Shown: piece by piece, positions 11,962 to 24,401 of the stretch
Numbering within the stretch: the first letter of the stretch is position 1
Layout of the letters: the number at the start of each line of letters is the position of its first letter
Origin: Lama glama
Taxonomy: Eukaryota
Length of the DNA: 64,000 bases
Direction of reading: 5' to 3'
NCBI GenBank assembly: GCA_028534125.1
Contig: CM052817.1
Coordinates: 55,058,001 to 55,122,000 of the forward strand
Made by a program: the position numbers and the translations under genes
Notes under the pieces: model-generated
What the model was told of the DNA's origin: nothing
Database searches by the model: none
What the model saw: the letters and a program-made list of their open reading frames with translations, nothing else

Positions 11962-14149
11962 AAAAAAAAAAAGGAAATTTTTGGATGCACTGAATATTCT
12001 CAGACTGCTATACAATCATTTCATTCATCTTTCTGTTTTATTTACTATAATTTGGCACAGAATCCATGTTAAGATTTTATCAATTTTTTCCCATTATCCA
12101 AGCTTAATTCACATTTTTTTCATGCTGTCAGCGTCTTCCTCCGATTGATTGCTTTTCCTGCCAATTATGAGGTACGGGTTTCTTTTTTAGCTATTGCTTC
12201 AGATGTAGTAGAATGTTGCTTGCCTCCTCCTAGAAATGTAACTCTCACTTGATTTCACCACATTAGCTTTTTTTTAATACTTTACTACGCCAGTATTGTA
12301 CACCTATTATGCTTTCCAGTTTCTCACATAGTTCTAGATCCTACCTTTGCAAGGTTTCAGTTAAAGAATTTAATAGTATTACTGAAGAACTCAGCAATAT
12401 TGGGAATATGGTCATCTTGCTTTATCACAATGCCAGTGTGCATGCACATACCCAGTACTTATATATATTTGTGTTTCCATGTGAGCAAATATGCACCAAA
12501 TGCTTATCCCTCTAATAATTTTTTCATTAATTGTTAATAATGTTAATTTAAATTCTCCCAGTACACACCTCTAGGGAAAGTAGTAGGGAAGTTTGCTGAG
12601 TGCCAGAAGTCTGCCCATGGCTACATATCTGCTGTAGTAAATCGTCATATAAATATTTCAAAGTTAAATTTGGTAAGTTTCTTACTTTAGTACACTTAAG
12701 GATAGGTCAGTTGATGGAAAGATTTAATGCATTTAAGAAATGAACTAATTTTGTTCTTATCAAAAAGGTACTTTTTCCTCCAAAATTTAATTGATGTAGC
12801 ACAGTAGCTTACTTCAAGATTTGTTATATTAAAATCCTAGCAATTGAATTGTCAGATTTATGATTTGCATAATTAGGTTAATTAGTTATTTCACTGATAT
12901 ATGTATCCCTGAGTTTAAATCCTTTATTTTATATTTTATTTCAGTAAGTCCTGCTGCAATGAATTCTAAAAGTTATATCACTTGTATTTTAGGTTTCTAT
13001 AAATTTCTTGAGATCCTAACGGGCAGTGGCTAATGGAATTGCTAAAGCTAAGTCAGTTCTACAGCTTTTTCACTTAAGCCCATTTAGAAAGAAAATATAT
13101 CATTATAACAAATACGTTCTATTATGTTCTATCAAAGGTGTTCATGTAATTTTCATTTTTAACAACACAAAAAATACTACATGCAGATCTTTTATCCACT
13201 AATAAACATAATTTGGTACTTGTGCTGTACATCATTCTAATTACAACAGTATCTTTTATGCTAAAGACAGACTCAAACTATGGGTAAGAGGAGACATTTT
13301 TTTCTTTCATGAGAGGGTTTAATTATGTAGTCTCAGAATTGTCTTTGTTGCTTAGTATTTGCCTTCCTTTCAAAACACAATACTCCAATTTATCAAGTAA
13401 TCATTCTACCTGTTCTTTTATCCCTAATTTCACATATTCATCCAAAAGCTTTAAAAATAATTATTTCACAATTCATCTGCATTTGTCTTTCTTTCAAGTA
13501 GGATGGTTTATTTCTAAGTGCTTTCAGTTCTAACCTCTACCGTTAGTAAGAAGTATACAACTTCCAAAACACATGAAAATGTAAAACACATGAAAGCTTT
13601 TTCAAGATAAAGATATTGAAATTCGTATATCAGATGATGAGCAATGAAATCTATACCCTGTATCTGACAGTTACTGCTTTGAACTGTACGACCTAATTCC
13701 ATAGTTATATATATGGATTAGACAGTATAGGAATACTACATTTTTCTCCTTTTTAGCATATGTCTGATTAAGGAGAAGCAATATATAATAGTTCATCTTC
13801 TAAAATTACTACAAAATTAGACTTCTTTTAGTCAACACTAAAATTTTGACTCAGATGATTCCTTATTTTTTATCCATCATGAGATTTCTTTAAAGTTATA
13901 ATTTCTATATTTTAAACACATGACAATTATTCAAATGTTATTGTTTTTAATAATATTACATTGTTAGCAATAATTTATAAATGTGTTCTAGTAAATGTTT
14001 AAAGACACCACTTGGGGGAAGATATAAGCAGATTTGTATCTTAAAAGCTGTGCAGCTTTAGGTAAGTTAGGTGAACTCTGTGAATCACAATTATCTCACC
14101 AGTCAGATGAAGATTATATTGGTACACAGCTCAGACAGATAATTTAGGC

Positions 14150-15370
14150 AAGAAATAAGCATTTAATACCTGCTATCTTTAAGCACACTTCTGGGAGATA
14201 AGGATACCATTTTTAATAAAATTAGCAAATCTCTGCTGTCCTGGAGCTTCCAAAAGGCAGCATAGTGGTTGAAAGCAAATAAAAAATACATAAAATACTA
14301 GGAATTATATGTGCAATGGAAAAGAATAAACAGATTCATCAGTGAGAAAGTTAGATGGCAGGGTGCTATTTAAATTGAGGATGGTTGGCAGAATTTTTTG
14401 CTCTGGTGACATTTGAGTGGCAACCAAAATTAAGAAACAAAGAGGGTCAAGAAAGCATCTGAGGGAGAAGGAAGCAGGAAGTGCAGATTTCCTAAGGAGC
14501 ATGTTGGTGTCTTCAAATTGCAGCCAACAGGCTAGGGAGGAAGAAAATGTCCTCTACCCTTCTAGGTTCTTCTGGCTGGTCTAAGAATAAATTAAATTGA
14601 CATGAGACACATTAACAGGAGAAAATCAAATAAAAATTTAAAACCATGTATACATGGCAGAGACCCACGAAAACTGAGTAACTCACCAAAATGGCTAAAC
14701 CCCTCATCTGAAATATCGTCTTCAACTAAAGGTAAAAGAGGATGTTGGGAGTTAGTGGTTTGGGATTTCAAAGGGGAGGAAGGCAATTTACACGAAGATG
14801 GAAAAGCAAATGTTTGGTGAACAAATGTTTGTTGGGCCATGCAGAGACAATGTGACACAGAGTGGACTCTGGTCTCTGAGCCTGCTGGGTGTCCCCACCA
14901 CATCTAGCCTATCCTCTTTGTGGACACAGCTCAATTCTAGGAATACTCCCTCAATCTAATGTTTTTTTTTTTTTTGAGGGAATTAGGGGGAAGGTCAACA
15001 TTTCTTCCTAAATTGTGCCTTGATTGTTTCCAGCTTGAAATAATCTGCATGCCAAAGAGACAATTTAGGGTGGAAAATTTTATTCCCCTATACCATATGG
15101 CTGCAGCTGAATGAACTAGGATGAGAATGGAAGTAGTTGACTTTCAGAGGTTGGCATGAAGGAACAGAATATGGAAAAAGGGACAGATCATGTGGACCAT
15201 CAAACAGACCACGGACTTTAACCTGAGTGAGGCAAGAAGTCACTGCGAGGTCTCAAGCAGGAAAATGACAGTTTGATTTATATTTTGAAGAGACTGTTCT
15301 GGAAGATGGTGAGAATAGATTAGTAATGAGCAAGGGGGGAAGCAGAAAGTTCATTTAGGGTGTAGTCCCA
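14150..15370 (-). mobile_element. L2 fragment interrupted by an LTR
   Basis: Antisense L2 motifs (ggtgacatttgag, tggctgcagctgaatga, tttgatttatattttgaagaga) continue across the LTR. Confidence 0.65.
14531..15092 (-). mobile_element. ERV1-class solo LTR (artiodactyl type)
   Basis: cctctacccttctaggttcttctggctggtctaagaat...gacatgagacacattaacaggagaaaa; inverted termini tagggagg / ttccccta; nested in an L2. Confidence 0.8.
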
Positions 15371-15720
15371 GGTGTGTTCCTGCCTCGGGGCTCTTTGCCA
15401 GCTACCTTTAGCCAGGATGCTGTTTCTACCATTCTTTGTGTCTGACTCCCCTTCAGTCATCAGGTTTTGGCTCCAATATTATCTTATCAGAAAACCTTTC
15501 CCAGACACTCTTTCTAAACTCTTTCCACTATCACGCCTTATAACATTATCCTAATGCATTTTCTTCATTAAAGTATCAGTATTTAAGATTATTTGTATAT
15601 TGAGTGTTCCTCGACTCAAGCAAGGCCATTATCAGTCTTCTTCTTTTTTGTTTCTGGCCATTGGATTTCTCCTTGCCCGAAAATATGACTGGAATATGGT
15701 AGCTATTCACTTAATATTTC
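15371..15720 (+). mobile_element. L2 3' fragment
   Basis: cctcggggctctttg...gaaaacctttcccagacac...tggtagctattcacttaatattt. Confidence 0.55.
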
Positions 15721-15795
15721 AGGAGGAAAGGATGAGTATTCCAGGTAAGTAGAATTATTTTAAAACAAGAGTTTAATAAATGCATAATAGATTAG

Positions 15796-16189
15796 TGACA
15801 AAGACACTTTTCTTGGTCAAATTTTAGTCAAGGTCTCTGTGAGCCCTCTTTTAGACTAGGTTTCAAACGTGGCCCCTAATCCTTACCAGGCCTGCATAGA
15901 TTGACTTTACAGCAAGAATCCTGCTGTCAGTTTAGAGAGAATCCTCCACCCACGATATCTGATCTCCCTGGCCTGTCTTCAGCAAGAATCCTGTTAATCT
16001 CCTACCCTTGATGTCTCTCCTCAGACATCCTTTTGGCTATAAATTCTCACTTGTTCTTGTTGTATTTGAAGTTGAACCTGTCTCTCTTCTCTATTGCAAT
16101 ACTATTTCTAAACATTTGGATTACTTTAATTTTTTTTTTTTTACTATTACTCAGAACTTAAGTATAAATAAATTTCTGCCTGTTTTAAC
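15796..16189 (+). mobile_element. MER31-like ERV1 LTR
   Basis: tgacaaagac...ttttagtcaagg; repeated cagcaagaatcctg; ggctataaattc; ctattgcaat. Confidence 0.8.
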
Positions 16190-16799
16190 TTTTTTTTTTA
16201 AATTCAATATATATAATGGATTCTGAGGTGTAGTTATGGCAGCGAGTTTATTCAATTATTTCATTGAAAATAAATAAAATGCAGGTTTATTAAAAAAAAG
16301 AAAAGAAAAAGACATAAAACTTTGTGCAATTTATCATTTTATCAAAATGCTGATAAACTTAATAAAGAATTACTTGGCCCAACTCTTAGTGAAATAAGCT
16401 CAGAAAGATAAAAGACAGCTATAAAGGTTGGTTTTGCTCTAAGAGTATTTTCTAATTCAGTCTAAATGGCTGCAAATTAAAATTTGGTTAGTAAGGAGAC
16501 ACTCTTCCCACTCCACATTTTCATGAGCATGTAAAGAGACTCAATGAGCCAATTAAAAAATATAAAAACTTGACTGTGTTTAACACTAAAAACAAACAAA
16601 AAAAGAGAGCACAAGATCTTTTCTGTAGCAGAGAAGAAAGAAAGGGAAGAAAGGAAGAAAAAGAAAGAAAAGGAAATTATTAAAATTACTACTACTTACT
16701 ACGCATAGATTTCTTAGAAAAACTTGTTGGTTTTAACCTCTGGGTCTTTCCTTTGGCCTATTACCTCTTCTCTTCATTGCCTTCCCCTCCCCTCCACAC

Positions 16800-16990
16800 C
16801 CCCAGAACACTAGAGTAACTAGTTCATTGCTGCTCTGGAAGAAAAGGGTTCTACAGGCAAATAAGATATGAAAATATTGCCTACTTTCCTTTCTTGGAAA
16901 TAAACAATGCAAGCATGCATGTTAAAGGCTCTGAGAAACTCTGTAGTAATAAAACCAATATTTTAAATTTATTTTAACCTTCAACTCTAT
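16800..16990. mobile_element. hAT-Charlie non-autonomous DNA transposon remnant
   Basis: gaaaagggttctacaggcaaataag...tgttaaaggctctgagaaactctgtagtaa resembles Charlie4-type consensus. Confidence 0.5.
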
Positions 16991-17266
16991 TTCTTAAAAG
17001 ACATATACATATTATTAGCTCCTCAAAAACTCCATGAGTTGCATGTACATAAAATACGTATTAATATTATTTATCCTTTATGGTTATTAATATATCAAAC
17101 AAAATAATGGATTTCAATTCCCAGGACCTAGAGCAGTGAATGGCACAAGGTATGTGCTCAAAAAAATTCTGCTGCTTGAACTTTATGAATCAGGTTGTCA
17201 CATATAAAATTATGAATTGATGTACAGTATGAGAATATATTATGTCTGCTCTATTAAGTTTTACTT

Positions 17267-17728
17267 TGAGACAGGAGGTTAGGGGACAGGGCACAACCAC
17301 TGAAGGAATGACACAGCAATTGAGGGCAGGACAAACTGGTTACAACCAAGACAGCAAAAGGTCCCACTTCCAGTAGACCCTGAGCCTCAGGGCACACCCA
17401 CAGGCTCCCTGACAGTTCCTAGGCTGACCAAAAAGGTCCAAAAGTGGGCGGGGGCGGATTCCTGGAAATCCCTGCCCCTTCCGCAAAGTAGTTGAAATAA
17501 TCCTCCTACTTGTTAGCATATGGAGTTATTGAGCCTGTAAAAACTAACAATTCCGCACCTTGTGATCATGCTCTCGCACTCGGACTCTCTCTCTTTCTCA
17601 CACCTTCTGAGACAGCCCGCATTCTGCCTGTGGGGTGTGTATCTCTCTAAATAAACTTGCTTTCACTTTACTCTGCCTCACTCTTGAATTCTTTCCTGCA
17701 CGACACAAGAACCTATTCTCTGGCAACC
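17267..17728 (+). mobile_element. MER41-like ERV1 solo LTR
   Basis: tgagacagga start; gacagttcc; aataaacttgctttcactttactct...gaattctttc...caagaacc; 4-bp TSD ACTT at 17263-17266 and 17729-17732. Confidence 0.85.
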
Positions 17729-17789
17729 ACTTTGCCTTCGTTTTCCTCACAAAATCTGAATTTTCTCACAGCATCAGAATTTCCACAGG

Positions 17790-18337
17790 TGTCACTGGCA
17801 AAGCTCACTAAGGTCCTCAGGAGACAGAAGATGAAATGCTAACCTCTTCTTTGGTGCTTAGTCCAGTTTCACTTGCTCACAAGTCGTTGCATGCAAAGGT
17901 CTTTCACCGGCCCTTCACACCAGAGTTCCCAGCGCCAAACTGCCGCACCCGACATTTCAGCTCCGGCCGGCGCAGAAGCCTCTGCGCAGACGCATCACGC
18001 ACCACACCTGGGTTCAAGATGGTGGCCGACGGCCGCCTGCGGAGCTCTGTGCCCAGCACTGTGACTGGAGCCTGAGCAGCACAGGTGCGCCTGCGCAGCC
18101 CTGGGGCACGCCATCCCCTCCCACCGCTGACCGACCCCTGGGAAGCAGCCACCCACGCCTTTCGCCGTTCGGGAGAGCCGGAGAGCCTGGATTCTAGAGT
18201 GAGAGCTCGCCGCTCTGTTCTCTAATCAAAGTATAAAACTTTCTTTTGCTTCTAAGCCGAACTCGGTCTTGTTCTATTGGCTGGAAGGACACCGGGCAGA
18301 AGGACGCTTGGGGCCAGACTTCAAAGGGTAGGTAACA
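17790..18337 (+). mobile_element. CpG-rich ERV1-type solo LTR
   Basis: Termini TGTCAC...GGTAACA; U5-like tail (tataaaactttcttttgcttct...ttctattggc...acaccgggcagaaggac); TSD not clean. Confidence 0.65.
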
Positions 18338-18340
18338 CGT
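17885..18340. promoter_or_regulatory. CpG-island-like patch with NRF1 and YY1 motifs (candidate LTR-derived promoter)
   Basis: About 32 CpGs in ~460 bp by hand count; NRF1 TGCGCCTGCGCA 18086-18097 and near-match 17983-17994; YY1-like CAAGATGGTGGC 18015-18026. Confidence 0.5.
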
Positions 18341-21300
18341 GTTCTGTCACAGGACTTATTCATGACAGGACTTCACCTGTACAGAGCCAGCTTTCCAGGC
18401 TGTCTTAGGATAACATTGCAAACATTGTCCTTGTGAAACAAGCAATGTAGAAGGCTGAGTTGTTTTCCAAATTTCTTGAAGTGTTTAAAAAAAGGTTATT
18501 TTTGTCCAAACTCTTATTAGATATATGTAACAGACTAAATAATAGTGATGAGAAGAATGCTAAAGGGAAGAGAGTTTTGTTCTTTGGAGAATCTCAGAAA
18601 ATTATATGGATGATAGCTGGGAAATGCCCATATTAACCTAAGTTTTTGGAACACGTTTATTAATAAAACGAGAAAAAATTTAGAAAGAACAAAAGGAAGC
18701 AAAACAAAGGACAGGAAGGAGAAGGAAAAATGATTATATTAGTAATTCTGTGAAGTGTTTTTAATACATTAAGTATTTGTCATTTTGTCAAGAGCTGTAT
18801 ATGTGGCTTACGTTATCTTCATGATTCAACAAGAAGCGTTAAAACTTGGAAGGCTTAAAAAAGGTTTTCAAGGTCCCAAACTAGTATGCAGCACTTGTGA
18901 GGATCTTTGCATAGTTCCTTTTGATTCCAATGTAAGTATTAACTCATAACTTTCCCTATGTGCATGTGCCTCATTTTGTAATTGCACTGTGCTGTGATTG
19001 TACTGATGGGACTACTGGGGCCAGACCTGTGGGCTCACTGGAGCCAAGACAGGTTAACTCTGCAACTTGTATGTGCTTATTTTTATGCTTTCTATTATAA
19101 ATGGCATTATGATGCTTATAAAAATGTTTAAATGTACGATTTTTGTCAATACTGACACCTGCAGGGCAATTTTCCATTTCAGACAAGTATTGGATTTTGC
19201 TTTCTGTCCAGTGTTTTTACTATCATTATTGTTATCATTATCATTTTAGTCATCAGTATTTTAATTTCAGACCCTTATATACACCAGTAAATACAATACT
19301 TCTACTTGATGATTTTGGTTTTATGGAGAGAAATTGAAAATATAAAAATAGTTTTTTATCCGAGAAGTGTCAGTCTTAACTTGATATGAACTCACTTTGT
19401 CCTTGACTTACCTCTTTCTTTATGACTATGTTGGTTGAAATAATATACCTGCCATTATACTAAACAGTGAAGTATACTCTCCACATTTCTCAAATGACTG
19501 AAGAAAAGTTTTCATGTATTCAGATAGATACAAGACATTTTGCTTTATTGAATTTATCCAGGTCACTTAAAAGAATCTGTAGAATCTAGTTGAGTATTTT
19601 TCTAATAAGCAGTGTTGTTAAAGAGATATCTAAATGCTACGTAATTTTTAATGAATCAAAAGTTTGCTTTTATTAAATTTGGTTTAATGGTCTAGATTAT
19701 TTTCTCTCATTTGTCTTTTACTGAGCAACGCTTCTTTGAGTATCTGCAGTTTTCAAAGTGTGTGATCAGTTTGTTTTTAACAGTAATAAACAGCTGCAGG
19801 AGACCTCTGTCTACCTCAACAGAATTTCCATTGCAATTTGCTCTTGAGTTGAACATTAATAACAACTAAAGAAAACACTGTCTTTGTGGGGGAATAATGA
19901 AAATTTGGTTGATGTATTTAAGAATGTGATTTCAGTCCTTACTGCCCCAGGTTGTTAACAAAACATAATTTCTACCTATAGCAAATTGCCCTTCTCTAAT
20001 GATCTTACTTTGAAATGAAGTTTTAAATAATTTCATTGTGTAACCATTCTCTATTCTTCATCATTTTTTCCCTTTCAAAAATGAAATCTGTTCTTTGAAA
20101 TGATATTTTGTGGGCTATGGACAGAAAATCCAGGCACCTTTTCATATACTGATTAGTGCCGAATACTACATGCATATGAATGAATAAACTAGATGGCTCT
20201 TTTGGCACACTAAAAAAACGGTTAGAATTTTCAAAATGTTATATTAATTGTTTTTGTTCATGTTGTTTGTGTCAAGCACTGGAGTTCAAGGGTAAGCTTG
20301 TCAATGATTTGAATCCTAGAATGAGAAATAGAATCTTCATTATTTCCTGAGAGTTATTTTGTAATTAGTGTACCAAAATCTCCATGGTGCCACTTTAAAA
20401 TATCTGAGATCTAATTTTTCACTACTTTACACTAATCAATATATAATTTTATCCTTCAACAGTGTCAGTAGAAATTTCTTTGTGCAAAGCCATTTATAGA
20501 ACATTTATGAAGCTATGTGAGGCACAACATAACGAAGCACTTCTACAAAATGTTACCTCTCCCATCCCAACCAAAGCTGCTTCATGTACACACATATGCA
20601 TATGCACACACATTTTTAAACAAACATTTTGGAATATATTAAATACTATATCCATCCGTAAAGATAGAAAGACACAAGATAAATTGAAAATTTACTGAAT
20701 CCCAACATTTTCACATAGCTTAACCATCATGTCTTTTCATATTAACATAAATTCCTTGTAAAGTGTTGTCCTGTGTGTTAGAGAACTACTGATGGTTTTG
20801 GAATTTATGAGACTGAAAAAAATTTATGAGACTGATATCTGTGCATATTATAGCATCTAAATGTTGCCTTTATGTTATAGGTGATCTATATGTATTTGCT
20901 GAATGAATAAATGAGTGAAAGGAGGAACCAGATCTCAGATTTGCTTCAAGAAAATTAATCTTGCAGTAATGTGTACAATGACGTGGAATGGGGGATTTTA
21001 GAAACAGTGTAGTTGGACAGGAAGCTATTACATACTTAAGACAGATGCTATGAGATCACTACAATAAGTGCTTTGCTTATTCTTAATGCAATGCCTACTT
21101 TGTTTATATGCATATTTCATAATTCCATTAATAACAATGCAGATTCAATTTATTTCCTGAATTTCAGTCTTTGTACTCATAGTTTAATAAAAGCTACTTA
21201 GTATGTTGTTCCGATACTTCAGGTATAGTTTGTTGGAGACATTGAGTTCATATATCATTTCAGTTATTTTAAACTCCTCCATTAATACCACCAATGAGCC

Positions 21301-21654
21301 ATACCTAATGCCACAGACAAAACAAGATCACCAAAGAGCATTTACTCAATCACTGTCAAAACCATTTTTACTGAAACTCTTTTTTGCTTCAGTAGACAGG
21401 TGAGACAAACCTAAGTAAATACTAAGTGACAAGTTAATGTGGAAAAATTGGAGGCAAAGTAAAGTGAAAGAATTGCCAAAGTACAAGATTAAGTCAAACT
21501 ACTCCTTTCTATGTTGCTTCATTTCCCTGCTTTAGATATCCTTTCTCATCAGTGTTTTGAAATCACATTCTTACTTTACAATTCAGCTCAAATCCTACCT
21601 CCTTAATATTTCTTTCCAAATATCTTTCACTGCAATACACTTTCCTCTCAAATT

Positions 21655-21880
21655 TGATTAACTTACTTTAAAAGTGTTTACTGAGCACCTACTTTAAGTC
21701 AGTTACTATTTACAGGCTTGAGATACAGTAGTGAACAAAATAAACCCGGAATTTGATATCCTGGAACTTACATTCTAGCATGAAAGGCAGACTATAAGCA
21801 ATAAGGAGATCAAGTTTGGCGAGTAGTGCTAATAGCTATGGAGGAAAAAACACAGACTAATTGGGTAAACTTTATTATAG
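21655..21880 (-). mobile_element. L2 3' end
   Basis: tgtttactgagcacctact...gagatacagtagtgaacaaaa...ggaacttacattctag. Confidence 0.75.
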
Positions 21881-21940
21881 AAGTCATGCCTGTTTGTGTG
21901 ATAATCATGTGTATATATGTCAGCAGCAGCATGGGTGAAT

Positions 21941-22280
21941 TGTAATACAAAGTCTGACTCAATCTTTCGGCGTTTGACTGCTGGCAGCTTTAAGCCTCAC
22001 ACCCCTTCCTCCCCTCTGTTCCACATGTGGGCAAACTGATAAGAAAATGCAGGTGATTTTTCATTTAGCATCAGTGGGAGTTTCTAATCATATAAGCCCT
22101 TGCCAGCATGCAGGAATCCCATCCCTTAACCACCATAAAAACCCCAAGTCCATCTCCTTTCCGTGCTCTCTCAAGTCGGTTTTGGACAAGCTTGGAAGGA
22201 CTAATCTGCTCTCCCCAGAGAGCCTCATTACCCTTTGTATGTGACATCATCAGTCTTGGCATCCAGAACAAAAATTCCAG
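21941..22280 (+). mobile_element. MER90-like ERV1 LTR
   Basis: tgtaatacaaagtctgactc...gtttgactgctggcagcttt...gggcaaactgataagaaa...ctgctctccccaga. Confidence 0.8.
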
Positions 22281-22669
22281 TGAGGTTCTCTACAGATTGT
22301 GCAGAATGCAGGCACCACTTGTAGATACAAATGGGGTGAAATATGAACAAAGCTCCAGAAGTATGACATGTCTGGGTGTTTGGGTGAACTAACAGTTCAG
22401 TCTTACTGGAGTAAACATGATGAAGTATAAAGTGGTAGAAGATGAGACTAGAGTGGAAGGCATGGAATACATGACCGAGGAATGACATTTACTTCTTGGT
22501 GAACATCTTGGCCCATATAGCAGGGTTGATAAAGGCACAAGGTTTGAAGTCAGAAAAACCTAGAACATAAGCCTAGATTAGTGACATTGGGAGAGCCAGC
22601 TAACCTCACCCAATGTCAGTTTGTTCCTAACAAGTTACGTTGCATCCAAGCTTGTACTTGTGGCATTTT

Positions 22670-23048
22670 TCCTTGACAGTACTGTCAGAGTGGTTTTAAA
22701 AATGCATATATTTGATACAGGTCCATTGTTTATACTAGTCAGATAGCTGATAGCTTTCAGGGCAATATTCAAGCACTATCTAGGTCCTACTTGAATATCC
22801 ATTCTTATTTCTTGTCATTTCCTGATACCTAATCTACTGACTTGAGTCATAATAAAACATCTTAGCATGTGCCATGTTTTCTCACACAATCAGTGCCAAT
22901 GCACCAGCTAATCTTTTATCTAGAATCTCCTTTCTAGCTTGCCTTAACACCCAACAGTCCTTATTTGCCCTTCAAGTCATAGCTACAGTAACCCTTATTT
23001 TCTCGGAATTCTTCCTTGACTACTACACTCAGCCTGAGCGGTTCCTCC
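22670..23048 (+). mobile_element. L2 fragment (left part; resumes at ~25190)
   Basis: gtcagagtggttttaaaaatgcatat...tccttatttgcccttcaagtc...ttccttgact. Confidence 0.55.
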
Positions 23049-23562
23049 TTTCTGGTGTACAGCACAGTGATTCAGTCAAACACATATGCATATATGTAAC
23101 ATTTCATATTATTTTCCATTATGTTTTATTGCAGGATATTGAGCATAGTTCCCTGGGCTATACAGTAGGACATTTTTGTTTATTTTATATGTAGTAGTTT
23201 GCATCTTCATATCCAAAACTCCTAATTTATCCCCTTCTTATCCCCCTTCCCCTTTGGTAACCATAAGTTTGTTTTCTATGTCTGTGAGTCTGTTTCTGTT
23301 TGTACATAGATTCATTTGTGTCATATTTTAGATTCTACATATACGTGATAACATATTTTCTTTTTTCTGTCTGACTTATTTCACTTAGTATGATAATCTC
23401 TAGGTTCATCCATTTTGCTGCAAGTGTCAAAATGGCATTATTTCATTCTTTTTTATGGCTGAGTAGTGTTCCACTATATATGTGTGTGTGCAACTTCTTT
23501 ATCTAGTCTTCTGTCAATGGACATTTAGGTTGTTTCCATGTCTTGTCTGTTGTAAATAGTGG
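23049..23562 (-). mobile_element. L1 3'UTR fragment lacking terminal poly(A)
   Basis: tttctggtgtacagcacagtgattcag...ccctttggtaaccataagtttg...ggacatttaggttgtttccatgtc. Confidence 0.9.
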
Positions 23563-23932
23563 TAAACTGATTCTTGATGACTCTTATTTACATAGGACAC
23601 AGGTTTTAAGTTAAGGGCTCTGGGTTACCTATAGCCACTGTCAATCCTTGATCTTCAGTTGATGTGAGCCCACATGTCAGCTGTCACTTATGGGTACTCT
23701 GAGCATAATGCCATCCTCATCTATAGATTTGAGGTCACTGGTGGTAGTGATAAGTATTGTTTACTCTGTGACTCCCTTGACATCAATACCCAGAGTAATC
23801 ACACCACCTCCTCTGCAGGTTTCTTGCTGTGTGTCAGGCACTCCTTCAGGATTGGCTGCACCTATCTCTTTTGAGCCCTTTAAAGCTATTTCAACCCAAT
23901 AGGCCTTTGCAGTTAATCTCTTCTCTTGCCCC

Positions 23933-24401
23933 TGTTGATGAAACAATTATTCAATAGTCAATCTAAGAAAGAAATGGCATTTTTTTTCGTGACAACCTGA
24001 GGGTTGTAACTCGGGAGACAGTTTTTCAGACAGCTCTGAGGACTGTTCTGAAGAGGTAAGGAGGCGAGGCCAGTATATATGTGATTTTGGTTAAGGGGTA
24101 CATGCAGACAAGCACACATCTTGGTAAAAGTTTCTACTATTTTCAAGGAACAGATATCTAACTTAATGTATTTGGTGCTTTTCTAAGTATGAGAAGATGC
24201 AAGAAACTGGGTTCATTAAGTTTTCTCCTGAAAATATCTAACTACCTGAGGGCCAGTTCTGCCAGTTTTCCCAGAGCACAAAATGAATCATTCTGATTTT
24301 CACCCTGAAATTCATTTCAAGTTATACTGTAAGTCAGTGACTACAGTGGCTAATGACTTGATTCTTAGAACTAGATGGTGGGCAACATTCTTTATTTTAC
24401 A
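23933..24401 (-). mobile_element. ERV1 (MER34/MER4-group-like) 3' LTR
   Basis: TG...CA termini; polypurine tract (minus strand AAAAGAGAGGGAAC, 24402-24415) directly upstream. Confidence 0.8.

Noticed and set aside
16190..16310. AATAAA + A-tail segment bounded by poly(T), possible retrocopied 3'UTR
   Set aside because: No TSD or recognisable parent; may be low-complexity sequence
17836..18152. Overlapping GC-rich ORFs (63-82 aa) on both strands
   Set aside because: They lie inside an LTR; open frames reflect high GC content and show no recognisable protein similarity
23563..23932. Possible processed pseudogene or continuation of env TM
   Set aside because: No frame gave a protein I could recognise, and the spacing does not fit the TM CX6CC region; left unassigned
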